A DNA stretch of 64,000 bases from Amoebidium appalachense (GCA_963693365.1 CAVNZM010000005.1:1240001-1304000), one strand, 5' to 3'. Positions 17,921 through 31,975 are shown, counted from the first letter of the stretch. Numbers and translations: made by a program. Notes: generated by a model from the sequence alone, not told the origin.

Positions 17921-19148
17921 GGGGAGGAGGGAGAAAAGGGGGGGGGGGGGGGGGCAAGCAAGCGTCGTCACAAAAACTGTGAAAGTCACCAGACGGAAGA
18001 CAAGCCTGGTGGGTGTGTGCTGAAGAAAAAGGAGAAAAGTAGTCACAACCACGTCCAAAGAGGAACCAACCCATACGTGTGTGAATGCTGGGAAGATGGG
18101 CAGAAGGGGTATATCTGTGTGTGTGCAGGGGTGTGTGGTGGGATGCTGTGGTGTGTGTGCGTGTGTACGCGCACGCGTTGGGGAGAAGGGGGGGGGGGGG
18201 GGGTTTGATCCCATGCTGCATTCAACGGCACAACAACTGAAAAGGGACATAAAAGTGACGGAATAGTGCAGCACATGGCAAAGGGAGGAGAGAGAAACGG
18301 AGGTACGAAGTGGAAAGACGCACAACACAAAGCCAGGGGAGGAGGGGGAGGGGGGTTGCATACGTGTCCACGTGCGCAAACCACTGGTAGAGGGGGTCAC
18401 TCTGGAAATTCTGAGTAGGCAAATCAGGATTGCATGTTAGCGCACAGGAGCAGGACCGAAACAAGTCTCGTGGCAGCACCTCAGCAGTATTAGTGAACAG
18501 CGTTTGAGCATGGACTTCAGGCCTTGCTTCAGATTCTGTGGCACCACAATTGCATTACCGCTGTTACGAAGGGGAGTAGCCTAGCCTGTCCCCCTCCCCC
18601 CTCCCCTCGTCCTATTCCCCTGTTTTTAGTACGAAGCACATGTTCATAACGGACAACACAAATCAGAAAGCAAACCACCCATAAAGAGTATGAACAATAA
18701 GTGGAGCCCATCCTCTGGGAGGCCCCAAGCTACCCAGAGGGGGGAGGGCAAGAAAGAAGAAAGATCCGGGGGCCAGGTACGGAGGGAGAATTATTGCCAA
18801 ACAGACGTGACCTTGGAGCAGAGACGAGCCTATTTCGTAAGCGCACTGACGATCCAAAGGTACTGTCACTCCCACAAAAAGCCCAGGCAGGCAACAAGCA
18901 CACCAGGAGAGCAACTTAAGGTAGGGACCGCCCATCAGCATAATGTAGGATTAGCGCATGCACAGTCAGCAGGCAGACACCAGGCGCACCTGCTGCTGGG
19001 GGGGATAGCCTTGCTGGGGCGGGTAGCCCTGGGCCTGTGCGGCAGGGTACCCTCCCTGGGCCTGCTGTGCGGGCTGGCCGTAGCCGGGCTGTTGGCCATA
19101 GCCCTGCTGGGGGTAGCCCTGCTGCGGAAAGCCCTGTTGGTAGCTCAT
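14222..19148 (-). CDS. Penta-EF-hand Ca2+-binding protein (sorcin/grancalcin/peflin/ALG-2 family), 7 exons
   Basis: Exons 19148-18990, 18410-18364, 17724-17626, 16708-16593, 16157-16061, 14715-14580, 14248-14222. G/P/Q/Y-rich N-terminus; EF loops DTDRSGHINQDE, DKDNNGTLSFPE, DQDKSGFIDPKE; sorcin-like PFSTETCRLMIAMLD and VGFDDFVAAIVKLRALT; ends FLQMVYKY*. One GC-AG intron. Confidence 0.92.
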
Positions 19149-19349
19149 GTTGGCTGGGGCAAAAGACACAGCTGGATCTTACAAAGTGAGGGAAAAGTCT
19201 ATGCAGGTGAAGGCGAAACTGTGAGCCATGACAAGCCCGACGGACAAGCAAAACTGAAAAAAACACGATTATTATATTTAGTCTAAAGTGGTCTGTTTTA
19301 TGGCGCTCAGTTATTGTATATCAGTAATTCTGCAGCAAAAAGGAAGCAA

Positions 19350-19426
19350 AATGACGTCATAAAGGTAGACTAAATGGGGCATCTTGCTGCCCATTGATTG
19401 GCTAAACGTGAACTCATGACGTCACG
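19350..19426. promoter_or_regulatory. Candidate promoter elements upstream of the PEF gene
   Basis: Two palindromic TGACGTCA (CRE-like) sites at ~19352 and ~19417 flanking a reverse CCAAT box (gattggct, ~19396), in repeat-free divergent intergenic DNA. Confidence 0.4.
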
Positions 19427-20433
19427 CTGCAACCAACTGCCAGACTACTGGTGCATCTTTATAGGTACTTGATATCGTGACTATAAAGCAGTAAAGTGAA
19501 ATATTCCTTTTTAAATTATAAATTTGCCTACAAGTTTACATCTTCCTCCTTTTTAAAAGTTTGAAGTTCCTCGACTGACCAGGACATTATAGAAAAGGGC
19601 AAAAAACATTGAATGGGTCAGCTGTCCATAAAGGCAGAAGTGTACCCTACACAGCTAGCTGCAGACAAATATATCATCCACAAGTTTAAAAGAAAAAGGA
19701 AAACAAACTATATAATTTACATAAAATAAGTTACACACCAATGAGCTGAATTTATCTCGTGGAAGTAGACTTGTGTACCATTCGTACAGTAGATGCCTGC
19801 CAGTTTATAAGATATGCAATATTACGCATATGTGCATGCAGCATACACAAATTCACATACAAATACAAAAGGAAGCAGTAGGTACACGAATATTGTAGTC
19901 GGGACAAATATAAAGAATAATTCATTTTTAGTGCTATGAGAAATGAAATATCAGCAAGCTGTTAGCCCACAGTGGAAATAAACAAGGCTGCAGCCGACCG
20001 ACCTTGGTTGCCGTGGAGGAGTGTAAATTGTTGTTGGTGCGTGCCGTCACAAAGCCGCTGGTCCGTTTTTTGGCGCGATCACATGCATGTCATGTCCGTG
20101 GGGAGAGAGAGACTTTTTTTTTTTTGGCCTTTCGAGTGTCCCGCTCCTCTCCGCCATTGCTTTTTCCCCCTACTCCCAAATCTGCAGAGCTCGTAGTCTC
20201 TCCATGCAAGGGAATTTTTTTTATTGGTACAATAAACCAATCTTAGGGCTTTACCCCGCCCCGAATTCAGTTAGGGCGACATGCAAATTTAGTTAATGCT
20301 ATGCAAACTAGTGTGACAGAGCTGAGTAAAAAGTTCTCTAATAGCCATATTTCTTTTTCCAGCCTCTTTACAAACACACAATAGGCCTTTACCCCTCGTT
20401 CTGTCATAGCAGAAGAGCAGGGGGATAGCAGGC

Positions 20434-21838
20434 ATGGCTACCAAAGACGGCCTGCCCCTTACGCCCGCTTCGGAGCCCAGACAACGGATGAACCAGTACG
20501 GCTGCCAGTTTGGCTGCGTGGGGCGGAAATACAGCAACCAGCACTCCAGGAGGCAGGTGTGTGCTCCATGGGCCCATTTGTGTAAGCCAATCGAGCCCTG
20601 TTGTGTGGGTAGATGTGTTGTGGAGAGCACATGAGGAAGCAGTGGGGCAGGAAGTGTGTAGTGTCGAAAGCCCAAGTTGTGGCACACCTTTATTAGGGTC
20701 ATCTTCCTCTTTCTCTAGCACCATTTATTGTCTAGTCTTTTTGTTTGCACCTTTTGCTTACTTCGTTCGCAAGGAGCCCAATATAGCCTGCTTTGTGGCG
20801 ACTGATTAAGCTGATTCAGTTGTACTCCTTTGTGTCCGACGCACGCATGCAAACGGCCTACTAGTGTTCCATCTCAAACTCCCTTCATTCACGTGCTGAC
20901 ATATTGTGCACACCACAGCACTACCGCAGGCATCATAAGGAGCAGCTTGCAGCGTTGCTTAAGTTTAGACGCAACACGAGGAACATGGGGGACGATATCC
21001 GAGGGTACGTTGAAGATTTGCATACCCGATGTCATTCCTGGGGCTGTTGATGTTTTGCAAGTGGGTTTAGCTTTGGTGGTTTCATGATAATAGGTGGACA
21101 TGAGTGCACAACTGGTGCAAATCTTTTTTGGTGGGGAAGCATCAATGGTTTGGAGTGTGGGCACTGCTTTAGTATGGATAGCAGACCGGGGGCTGATGGC
21201 AGGTGCATGAGCTATTCAGACAGTTTGATGCCCATCAGTCAGCCTAGCAAATTGTTGGGCTTTTATGTGACACGGTAGACTCGAGCGGTTCTGCTGTTCA
21301 TATACTTAGCCTTTGCATACATAGCATCTAACAGTCAAAGACCCTGCAGAATTGATGCAATACTGTTCTTTTCAAAGCAGAAGACCTGGTTATGCAGTGG
21401 GCACACATACACAAACACTTTCCTTGTGTGCAGGTATACACTTTGACAAGACGTGCAGCCAGATTGGAAGGTAATGAGACCATATTTTACCGGTCAGGGT
21501 ATTATCTTCAGACTTAAATGTTTATTGGTTTAAATCGTTTGTCTTACACTCCCCTTGCATTCGCTTCTGCTTTCTGTGTCAACCGCTTACATCTGTTCTG
21601 CAGGCTTCAGCCCATTGCCGCCATGGGGCTTAGTGAGAACGAAGAATTCCCCGACGACATGATTCAGGCTGCAGCCCAACAGTCCCAGTTGGAGCAGCAG
21701 GAGCCGGCAGACCCGCAGGATGTCAATGACTTTGTGTACTTCCTGCACACAGTCAGAGAGGTGTGTGTCTGCACGATGTGTTTCTAGCTCTTGCTCCCTG
21801 TGTCTGGTTATCGTTGTGTGTGTGTGTGTGTGTGTGTA

Positions 21839-21871
<33 letters not shown>

Positions 21872-21982
21872 CTGTCTGCCTTCTAAACATGTGTTCTTTT
21901 GTGTGTTGGTGTGTTTGCGTTTGTGTGTGTAGCTCCTCCCCTCCTCTTCCCCCATTCCCCTCTGCCTCCTCCCGTGCCACCA

Positions 21983-22064
<82 letters not shown>

Positions 22065-22979
22065 TATACGCACCCACATGTGTGTGTGTTTACATACAGA
22101 CACGCCTACACACGTGCGTGCGCACAATCACCCACCTTCTTATATCTTTTCTCTCGTTTGAACTCTGGTCAAACCCTCCATCTAGGGCTGCCAAAAATAC
22201 TGCCGTTCTTTCTCTCACTCTTTGCCCTATGTGACCATATTGCTGCTGACTCCCTTTTTTTTTGTGGTGGTGGAGGGGGAGAGGGGGGGGGGGGGGGGGG
22301 GATTGGAGGGGGAGGGGGGGTGGAATCTCTTCTTTTTGGTTTGGACGTTTCCCCTTTATTTATTTTTATATATATCTGTGGGTGGTTGTGTTTGTGCGCC
22401 CCCCGGGGGGAGCGGGGGGGGCTTTGGCGCGTATTTTCGCAACTTTGCTGCACTCTAATCGGCAACACGATCTCTAAAGCAGACCTTGCACCATAATGTG
22501 TTAAGAGTTCCTACCATGCTTGCAGCACTGCTCACTGAGTGCTTGTAAACGTATTGTCTGGGGACATTGAACTCACTAATTTTCGGGTGCCTCCCTCCTC
22601 CTCCTCCCCCCAGCCCCCCCCCTCCATACCGTGTTCCGCATTCAAACCCCCCCCCCCCCCCCCCCCTCCTTCCCCTCCTCCCCCCCCCCCCCCCCCCCCC
22701 TCCCCCCCCCCCCCCTCCCTTTTCTCTGTCTTCCTCCCTTGTGGTGTGTGCAGAAAGAGAGTTCGAAAAAACAAGGCAAAAAGACTGGGGACAATGCCAA
22801 CGGCACACCCGGGGCCGACAGTCCAAAGTCCGACGACCCAAACCACGAAAAGGGAACCTCCCCCCAGGCATCACCCAACCACGGCAAGGTGCCAAAGCGT
22901 GCAAAGAAAGCAACGAGGAAAGACACGAGTGAGAGTGTCAAGGTGTGTGCATATGTGATTGCCGTGGTGTGGGTGTGTT

Positions 22980-23015
<36 letters not shown>

Positions 23016-23144
23016 GTTCAGTGTGTGCAGGAAAAGGGAGACCGGTGGGGGGGGGGGGGGGGGGGGGGGGGGATGATGCATTCCGGATATTGGCTCTAGT
23101 TTTGCACTGGTGGCTGCATTCTGCACGCTGTTTTTTTTTTTTTT

Positions 23145-23176
<32 letters not shown>

Positions 23177-24274
23177 CGGGGGAGGCCGTGTGATTATGTT
23201 CGGGGGGGGGGGGGGGGGGGGGGGGCATGCGGGTGTGTCTGCCTGTGTGTGCCTGTGTGTTTGTGTATTCAAGTGTATGCACATTCCTGCACATGTGGTG
23301 CATCACTGACATTATTTGGGTGGGTGCAGAGGCAACGGCAGCACAGCACGGCCAGCATAGTCAGCCATGCCAGCACACACAGCACCCACCCAGACATGCC
23401 CCCACCACCCCCACCCCTCCACCCACAAATGCCCGTTGGCTCTGCACCCCCGTCTGGTCCCGACCTTGCACCTACATACGTGCCGAGAGAAACAGCCCTC
23501 TCAGCCGTGATAGCACAGTGTGTGCTTGGGGCCATGTCGGGGTCAGACATAGAGGAGTACGTGCGCACCCACCACTCAGCGCTCTACGAGCCATACTCCA
23601 TCTCCCGGCTGATCCAGCTGCACCTGCTGATAGCGCAGAACATCAGCAGAGGCGCACAGTTTGTGGCGGCAGGCGGCAGTGAGGGGTCTGGTGGGGGACT
23701 GAGCCCACCGCCTGCCGGCTATGTGTACTCACAGCAGCACCCTGGGGTGGCCCACGACCCAAGCATGGTGTGTGTCCTGCTGGTGGGGGGGGGGATGGTG
23801 TGGCGTGGCGCGGGGCGGGGGGGGGGGGGGGGGGGGGGGGGGAGGGGGGAGGGGGGGGGAGGGGGGGGGGGTCTGGATGGATGAGTTTGAGGATTTTGGG
23901 GGTCGGAAAAATGAGGTTCTGAAAAGAGTTTGTTTTTGTTTTTTTTGTTTTTTTTGTGGGGGGGGGGGGGGGGAGTGTGTTCAGTGTTCAGAGGGGCCTC
24001 ACTCGGTAGGCTGCCGGGTGTCAGTGCTGATCATGTCTAGGCCATGCTGTTAAGAGTGCATGTGCCTGCTAGGGCATGGTGGTGGATAGCATGCATCTGG
24101 TGTCTGGGGTAGGTCCTTGTGGCTGCATGGTCGGTGGGTTCACAGAGACCAGGGTGTCACGTACCCATCCACTTACCATATATGGTGCAGTATGGACGAT
24201 CCCCCTCCCCCGGCTGGACACCTTACGGCCAGCAGCAGCCCCCTCCTGCCCAGCAGCCAGCTGTCGATGACTGG
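20434..24274 (+). CDS. Protein with one N-terminal C2H2 zinc finger and Pro/Gln/Ser-rich regions (putative transcription factor); 3' end unresolved
   Basis: Phase-compatible exons 20434-20556, 20919-21004, 21604-21760, 22754-22942, 23330-23767, 24146-24274. Exons 1+2 give YGCQFGCVGRKYSNQHSRRQ|HYRRHH. A terminal exon probably lies near 25470-25620. Confidence 0.62.
22627..22646 (+). repeat. 20-nt 3'-end fragment of the poly-C-ending dispersed repeat
   Basis: taccgtgttccgcattcaaa followed by poly-C, identical to the ends of the copies at 59650 and 62040. Confidence 0.7.
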
Positions 24275-24339
24275 GTACTAACACCCCCCTTCTCCCCCCC
24301 CCTCCCCCCCCCCACCTATCCACCCACCACTTTCTGCTT

Positions 24340-24520
24340 TGCTCTGTGTTATGCATTTCAATTGCCCCCCCCCCCCCCCCCCCAACATCCCGTAGCCCCG
24401 CACCATCCTCTGGCTATGTTCTGTGTTATGCATTTCAATTGCCCCCCCCCCCCTCCCCCCCCCTCCCCCCCCCCCCCCCCCCCAACATCCCGTAGCCCCG
24501 CACCATCCTCTGGCTATGTT
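24340..24520. repeat. Local tandem duplication with variable internal poly-C
   Basis: ctgtgttatgcatttcaattg(C)n aacatcccgtagccccgcaccatcctctggctatgtt occurs twice. Confidence 0.85.
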
Positions 24521-24661
24521 CGGATTTTTTTTTTTCCGTGTCTGGAATTTATCGTCATACCATTTTTGTCCCCCCCCCCCCCCCCCCCCCCCCCCGCTTC
24601 CTCACAGACAGAGACCAAGAAGGGGGGGGGGGGGGGGGGGGGGGCACACACAGACACGCCC

Positions 24662-24737
<76 letters not shown>

Positions 24738-26028
24738 CGCACCACAAACATGCCCATGTGCATGCACACAGATGCACAGGCAATTACACACACACATGCA
24801 ATGATGCAGACATCCGTACAAAAATGCACTTCAGGGAACGGAGAGAACGACAGAGGGAGGGAGACAAGGTAGTGAGGGAGGGAGGGAGCAAGAGGAATGA
24901 AGAAGAGGTCAGAAAGAGAAGAACTTGAACATACATACACATACATACACGAGAATTCTGACAAGATCTTGGCGAGTACACACCAAAAAGTAAATTTGAT
25001 GGATATGTGGATGCGGGCACATCCCGGCACGTGTTTGGGGTGGATGGGTGGGTAGGGGATGTGTTTTTGGTGGACCCGGTAGGGGGCGGGGAAGGGGAGG
25101 GAGGGGGGGGGGGGAAGGGGGGGAAGGGGGTGCTGACCAGAAGTATTTGTGGCTACCACGATATCGGCATGTCAGTGCATGTCAGTGCATGCATGTCCAC
25201 CTCCCGTAACCCGTTCTTGTTGCTTTGGCCAGTTCAAGAGAGGAACATATGGGAGGTCGTGGATAGCCCGCTCTCCCCGGGGGGAAGGGGGGGGTCGGGG
25301 GGGTGGGGTGGGGAGAGGGGGAGAGGGGGGAGGGGGTCAAGGCTTGTGTGTGTTTGGATGGCTGGTTGCTGTGCACGTGTGCATGCCTGTGTTGTGACGT
25401 GGTGCCCCTGAGCACAGACATGGACATGCACTTGTCGTTTCCACCACCTTGCCTGCATGTGCAACACCAGAAATAGGCCCAGTTATTAGACCCCCAGATC
25501 TAACCCCCTATGGCCACAGAGCCGACAACAGGGGCAGGCACCATCCACACAACCGCAGCCTCAAACTACCCCCCAGCAGGCCCCGGCACAACAGGCAGCA
25601 CAGTGGCAGCAGTACTGAGTGCATGGGCACTGTGTGCACATATGAGGTACTTCTTGCATGCAGGATTGTACTAATTGCATGCGAAGGTACTTATGCATGC
25701 AGCAAGCACTGGTTGCACGCAGAAGGTACTTATTGCATACAGAATATTGCATAGAAAGACTCTGGTACCGGTTCGTGCAGGTGCCTTTTTGAATCTATTT
25801 GATTATGGCCCTTTGAGTGAAAGTAGAGGTGATGCCCGTTGCATGTGTTAGTCGTATGGGTACGTCCCAGTGTACAGGGCTTAAGCTTGGAGAGTTCGGA
25901 TATGTACAGAAGGAATGGTTATGGTCCCTGCGAGCAGTGCGCATGGTTTTCTCATGTTTTTATTGGAGGCCATTGCAACTTTCCATGCTTTGCTTGGACA
26001 GAGGCCTTTTTATTTTTTATTTCTTTTT

Positions 26029-26125
<97 letters not shown>

Positions 26126-27089
26126 TGAAGCCAAAGCAACGTCATCGTGTGCCCAAATTGCAGTGGTATTTTATAGAAATGATGGCAGTGCCTTGCTACT
26201 CGGATTTTATTTAGGGTTTTAGGCATTACGTATACTTTCAGACTTGCTGCGTAATGATCAGTGAAGTTTAGCTAGCATGATGTGGCATATTAGCGCAAAC
26301 AGGACTCCATGCCTGTTACAGTTACCACTGTGTTTAAAAATGGAAGGAGCGGGCAGGGACAAATATTGCAACCATGCATTTTTTATTTTTTTTTTCGGGG
26401 GGGGGGAGGGGACAAAATTTGCCCGGCACTATGCATATGTTATGCGCATGCCATCTAATATATATAGGCTGGGGGGTGCAGGCAGGTTCTCGGTCATATA
26501 CGTACGCACACATATCTCGCAACACAATACTGTACTTTATCATTATGTAAATGCTCGACCCTGGTCATTTTACATTGTCCCTGTTGAATACGGTTGCATG
26601 TGTCAACGGCACATGGTGTACAACACCATGCAATTGCGGGAAATGGGAAATAGAAGCCGTGATAGAATCAAGACAGGCCGTATCACTCCCTCAATTTGAA
26701 ACCCCACTCTTTTCTTCATGTAGTTAAATACACCCTCCCCGCGCTCTCTTCCCTTTAAAAACACCCCCCCAACCTCCTCCTAACTGAGCAACCATGATTA
26801 CACTATAGTTGGTTATGTCTTGAATAGTCCGTCCCAACAAGGAAGAAGTCATGATAAAAAAAGGTCAACATGTCCTAATGAAAACAAGTGTTTGCAGGAG
26901 AAGTAAGATCAAGCAATACGCTCTAGGCTGACATATTGTGTATTGTTGTCACGTGCACGCTATTGCTTCGTACATGCCTTACATTAGTTAGATTAGCAAC
27001 CTTCAAACATGTGGCTTGGGTGGAGGGGAACAACACATCCCCCTACCCGATAGTTACCCGTGGCCAGTCGTCACCTTCGTATTTGAAAT

Positions 27090-27134
<45 letters not shown>

Positions 27135-27146
27135 ACAAACACACAC

Positions 27147-27466
27147 TTAAAGGTTGTTTTCTCTGCGGTACTTTGCCAGTGCCTCGATGGTGATCATCTT
27201 GAGACCGTACATGCGGCTGAACCCCTCAAGGTGCTCCCTGCGTGCCTGCACACACACACCACACATCAGCAATGAGGCCACCACATCCATCGTCCCCCCC
27301 CCCCCCTCTCTCTCTCTCCCCTTTCCCCCTTCCCCCTCCCTGCCCCGACGCCCTCCCTGCCCCCAACACCTTTCCCTCAACCGCCATCCACAAAATCATA
27401 TAAATCGACCACGTGGAAAAAACGCAAGCACATACAAAGGCAACACACTCAATCACACTATATGAG

Positions 27467-27507
<41 letters not shown>

Positions 27508-27598
27508 AAAAAAAGAAAAGAAAGAAAGAAGAGAAAGCAGCACGCTACCAAATCAGGCTGGCTTCCGGCCATGCCACTACTCTTTGAAATCCCCATAG

Positions 27599-27635
<37 letters not shown>

Positions 27636-27649
27636 CCCGGGACCCTTCT

Positions 27650-27680
<31 letters not shown>

Positions 27681-27951
27681 AAAAAAATCCCCCTACATTT
27701 TTTAAACCTACCGCACTGCTCCTCACAATGTGTCCCTCCCTGTACACACATCTGCCCCTCATAACCATGACCCATCAAACACCGATCCCGGCTGCATACC
27801 GACAGGACGACTCTTTGCTACCAAAGACAAGCACAAATGCTCGTCTAAGGATTCAATCCCACCCAACTGTTCCTTCAACGGACCATGACTTGCAGACAGG
27901 GGACAGTCACCACAGGCACACAGACAGAAATGTGCATGTGCCAGTGTGTCG

Positions 27952-28018
<67 letters not shown>

Positions 28019-28851
28019 CGTGTGTAAAGGCGAGAGAGGTTGAGAGAGAGAGAGAGACAGAGAGAGAGAGGAGACAGTGAGAGAAAGAGAGAGTATGTAT
28101 GTGTGTTTGTGCGTGTGTGAAAGAGATAGTGTGTGTGTGTGTGTGTTTGCGGTGGGGGTGAGTGTTTGGTTGGGCGGGGAGGGGGGGGAGGGGGGGAGGG
28201 GGGGGGGGTTAAATGCGGAACACAGTACGAAGTACGCATACACGATGAGAAGCATTGTGCAGGACACATGCAAAGGGGAGGGGGGGGGGGGGGGGGGGGG
28301 GGGGGATCGACATACCATCCTGCCATCATCCAGGGCAATCTCGCAAAGTGCACCCACAGGTGGGAGGCCGGCAAGTTTGCACAGATCTGAGTGCAACACA
28401 TGTTAGACGGCAGCATGAATCACTAGTCGACAAGGGGCCATATCATTCTCCGTGTGCTGGCATGTGTGTTTGTGCATGTGTAGAAAAAAAAGACACAAAA
28501 CATGTGTGTTTGTGCATGCGTGGAAACACAGACATGTAGTGCAGTGCAGGAGCACAACAAAGCACGAGCTTTCTCTATGCAAGTGCACAAACAGGCCTCT
28601 TCAGATGCTCCCAATAAGTTGGTGAAGTGAGCACCACCTGCACATGGTCTTATTTGCACATGTATGTGTTTGTGTACGTGTGTCTCTCTCTGTGTATGTG
28701 GATGCCGCCTGTGTATCGAATGTCGCCCTAAACCAAGGTCGCCATGAAGTGCATAGCAGGAAATGGGGGAGGGGAAAGGTGGAGTATGGGCTGCCGAGGG
28801 GAAGAAGGGGGGGGGGGGGGGGGGGAGGGGGGGGGGGGGGGGGGGGGGGGA

Positions 28852-28906
<55 letters not shown>

Positions 28907-29989
28907 CGCGCGCGTGCATGTGTGCGTGTTTGGGGGAAACGGGGGGGAAGGTTGTATATGGTACTGACCATGGGTGGCCTCTGTGTGGCCTGTGCGTGTC
29001 AGCACCCCGCCCTCCCTGCTGACCAGGGGGAAGATGTGGCCGGGTCGGTTGAAGTCGTCAGGTCGGACAGTCGGGTCGGCCATGGCCCGGCACGTGGCTG
29101 CACGGTCAGAGGCTGAAATGCCTGTGGTGGTGCCTGCAAACGGGACAAGGGGAGGGGGGGGGGGGGATAAGTGCCCGTTCATCCCTGGTGAAACATGGTG
29201 AAGCAGCTCCGTTGTTTCTCCAATCAGCCCTTCAGCAATTCACCGATCTCAGATCCAATTGGGCAAAAAGTGGGGCCTAAAATCGGGGCCAAATAGTAAT
29301 CTACAGTCTCTCAAAGCCAGTTTATGTTCAAATTCACTTAGAAAAAAGGTTTTCACGCTCAAAAAGACGTGCTAAGTTGATATAGGCAGTCTGGGGTGTC
29401 CGACGCTACCTTTACCGCCAAAATCAGCTAAACCTAGCCAAAACCGCCCCCGGCTGGGGCCAACCTGACCGCCGGCTGACTGACGGCGGGAGTCGATCGC
29501 ATTTAGCAAGACATGTGCTGCATCCTATGTTGCTTATATAAACAATGTGTGTCGCTTTATTTGCTAAATTATTAATTAAGCGACCAAAGCATGTTTCCTA
29601 TTAATAGTTAAGACTTTATCAAGTGAAAACGGATTATGACCAGCACAAGATGGCTAGGCCCCACTTTTGAGCCGCCAAATTCACTTAGGGATTTGAAACC
29701 GAGGAATTCAGTTATTCAGCGACACACTACCTCCCCTAGAACTTGTGCACACGAGTGAGGGCAGTTGGTATGATATATGGCCACGGGAGCAGCATGAATA
29801 GCCGAATTTCTCATGTGATGTGTGTGTGTGGGGGGGGTGTGTGCCCAAAGGGGAGGGGGGGAGTCACCACGGAGAGAAAGACAAAACGGGAGGAGAGGGA
29901 TCAGGGGAAGAGAAAGAGAGAGAGCGAGCGAGAGAGAGATAGAGAGAGAGCGAGAGAGTGCGTGTGTGCGTGTGCGTGTGTGTGCGTGT

Positions 29990-30020
<31 letters not shown>

Positions 30021-31623
30021 GGCAGTGATAGTGTATGAGAGCACGCAACTTTCCAAGTGGTGTTTGCGATAATGGTATTTTGAAGGATTTGTGTGAGTGT
30101 GTGTGTGAGTGTGTGTGTGTGCGTGTGTGTGTGTGTGGGGAGGGGGGTCTACGACATACAGAGCCCGTCCCAGGAGAGAAGGAGGAAGAGGAGGGGGGGG
30201 GGGGGGGGGGGGGTATAGTGTGTTGAAGAGTACCAAGTGATGCGGATTTTGCATAGCGCACACAGAGTATGCATCGAAAGTAGAGCCAATCCTCAAAAGT
30301 GGTGGGCAAAGTGGGGGAGATGTAAAGGGGACGAAAGGGAGAGATGAAAGAATGTGACACTAAGTGGGAGCGTATGCATCGAAAGTAGAGCCAATCCTCA
30401 AAAGTGGTGGGCAAAGTGGGGGAGATGTAAAGGGGACGAAAGGGAGAGATGAAAGAAGGTGACACTAAGTGGGAGCGGAGGCCACAGCATAGTAACCAGC
30501 ACGAAAAATAAGAGGCAGTGTCTGTTGTGCATGTAAAATTTTGACGTGGCAAGGGGGTGTGTAGAGCAAGGATACAGAAGATAAAGGGGAATGGACGGGC
30601 TAGTGTGGGTGAGGGACATGGGCATCCACGCACGAGCCACCCACCCAACAACCACTGTGCAACCAGTGTGGAAGTGTATGTGCCATTACACTGCAAATCA
30701 TGCCTCCCAACCCCCCCCCCCCCTCCAATCCAACAATGGGAGGCACGGGCACCTACCCTTGTTGTAGTCCAGGGTGACGGTGAATGCGGTGCAGTGCTTC
30801 TCCGTGTTGTTCTGCACCATGATGGGCAGCTCCAGCTCCTGCTGCCTCTGCTCGGGTATGCTCACACAGATCACCCCGCTGTGCACTGGTGTCAGCACAC
30901 AACACAAAACCCTGATTTGTTATCTGGCCTGGCCATTCCCTGCCATCCACACCCCGACGACCACTATATTGCCCCCCCCCCCCCTCCCCCCCCCCCCTCT
31001 CCCCCCGCCCGCTGAAACAATTCCTTTGCACAACACAGACTTCAACCAACCAACACAGCCCGTTTACTCCCCCCCCCCCCCCCCCACAACCACCACCACC
31101 ACCAACAACAACCATCACCACCCCAAAACAGAAGACGGAAGACAGTGTGGGTGAGAGCCAGCAAGCACACACACAGGCACACACAATGATATCCCTTTAA
31201 GCATGCGCTACCATGTCACTTTAAGCATTCTACCACACATAATACTCGATTCCACCAAGTCCCCCCCCCCCCCCCCCCCCCCACCCACCCACAGCCCTCC
31301 CTTCTACATGATCTCCCTCCATCTCTCCCGAAGTCCCTTTCTGCCATTTCCTTTCCTGTAAGCTCTGATTCCTTGCCCTTCTCCCCTCGCCCCCCCCCCT
31401 CCTCCCTCCACACTTACACAAACAATACACACGCGCGCACACACACACACACACATGCATACGAACGACGAAACTCTACTTTGCCCGATGGTACATCACT
31501 CCTTGCACTTGAAAAACAGTGCACCGGCTTCTCCTTTCAATCAGTCCATACCTTGCATACCATGGTTAATACATCGACCCGGTCGATTCTCCCTATTTTC
31601 CCAGAAGACCTGAACCCCCCCCC

Positions 31624-31654
<31 letters not shown>

Positions 31655-31975
31655 ACATAAAGCCTCCCCGCCACTAACCCGCCTGCTCACATACAAAGAA
31701 AACACTTCCCCGGGCCCCTCACAAACCTTGTGTGGCGAATCATAAAGGCCATTTTCTCTGCCGTCATAGTCGAGCAGGCAGCTATGAGGTCACCCTCATT
31801 CTCACGGTCCTCATCATCAAGCACAACAACAAACTCCCCTTGACGGATAGCCTCTAGCGCATCAGGGATGCTATCAAACTGAAAAGGTCTGTGGCGCAAA
31901 CACAAATTCATTAGCATGCAGCCGTACTATGCCCAATCTACAATACACGTTCTTTACGGTGTTCGCGGAACCCAT
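27147..31975 (-). CDS. RIB3: 3,4-dihydroxy-2-butanone 4-phosphate synthase (riboflavin biosynthesis), monofunctional
   Basis: Exons ~31888/31878-31727, 30878-30757, 29133-28969, 28386-28316, 27245-27147. Motifs [71 protein letters not shown]. The start exon (ATG at 31975) is tentative. Confidence 0.93.
28209..28276 (-). repeat. 5'-truncated copy of the poly-C-ending dispersed repeat in a RIB3 intron
   Basis: Reverse complement matches the last ~68 nt of 61902-62040 and is flanked by poly-C on the minus strand. Confidence 0.85.
29238..29708. mobile_element. MITE-like insertion in a RIB3 intron
   Basis: Perfect 14-bp inverted repeat aaaagtggggccta (29266-29279) / taggccccactttt (29655-29668), weaker outer inverted similarity, and a microsatellite-free interior. 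Confidence 0.5.
30268..30476. repeat. Recent ~104-bp tandem duplication in a RIB3 intron
   Basis: gtatgcatcgaaagtagagcc...gtgacactaagtgggagc occurs twice with about 1 mismatch. Confidence 0.93.

Noticed and set aside
21434-21470. 37-nt candidate exon in the zinc-finger gene
   Set aside because: It has good splice signals but is phase-incompatible with exon 2 (introduces TGA); it could be a poison exon or need an unseen partner exon.
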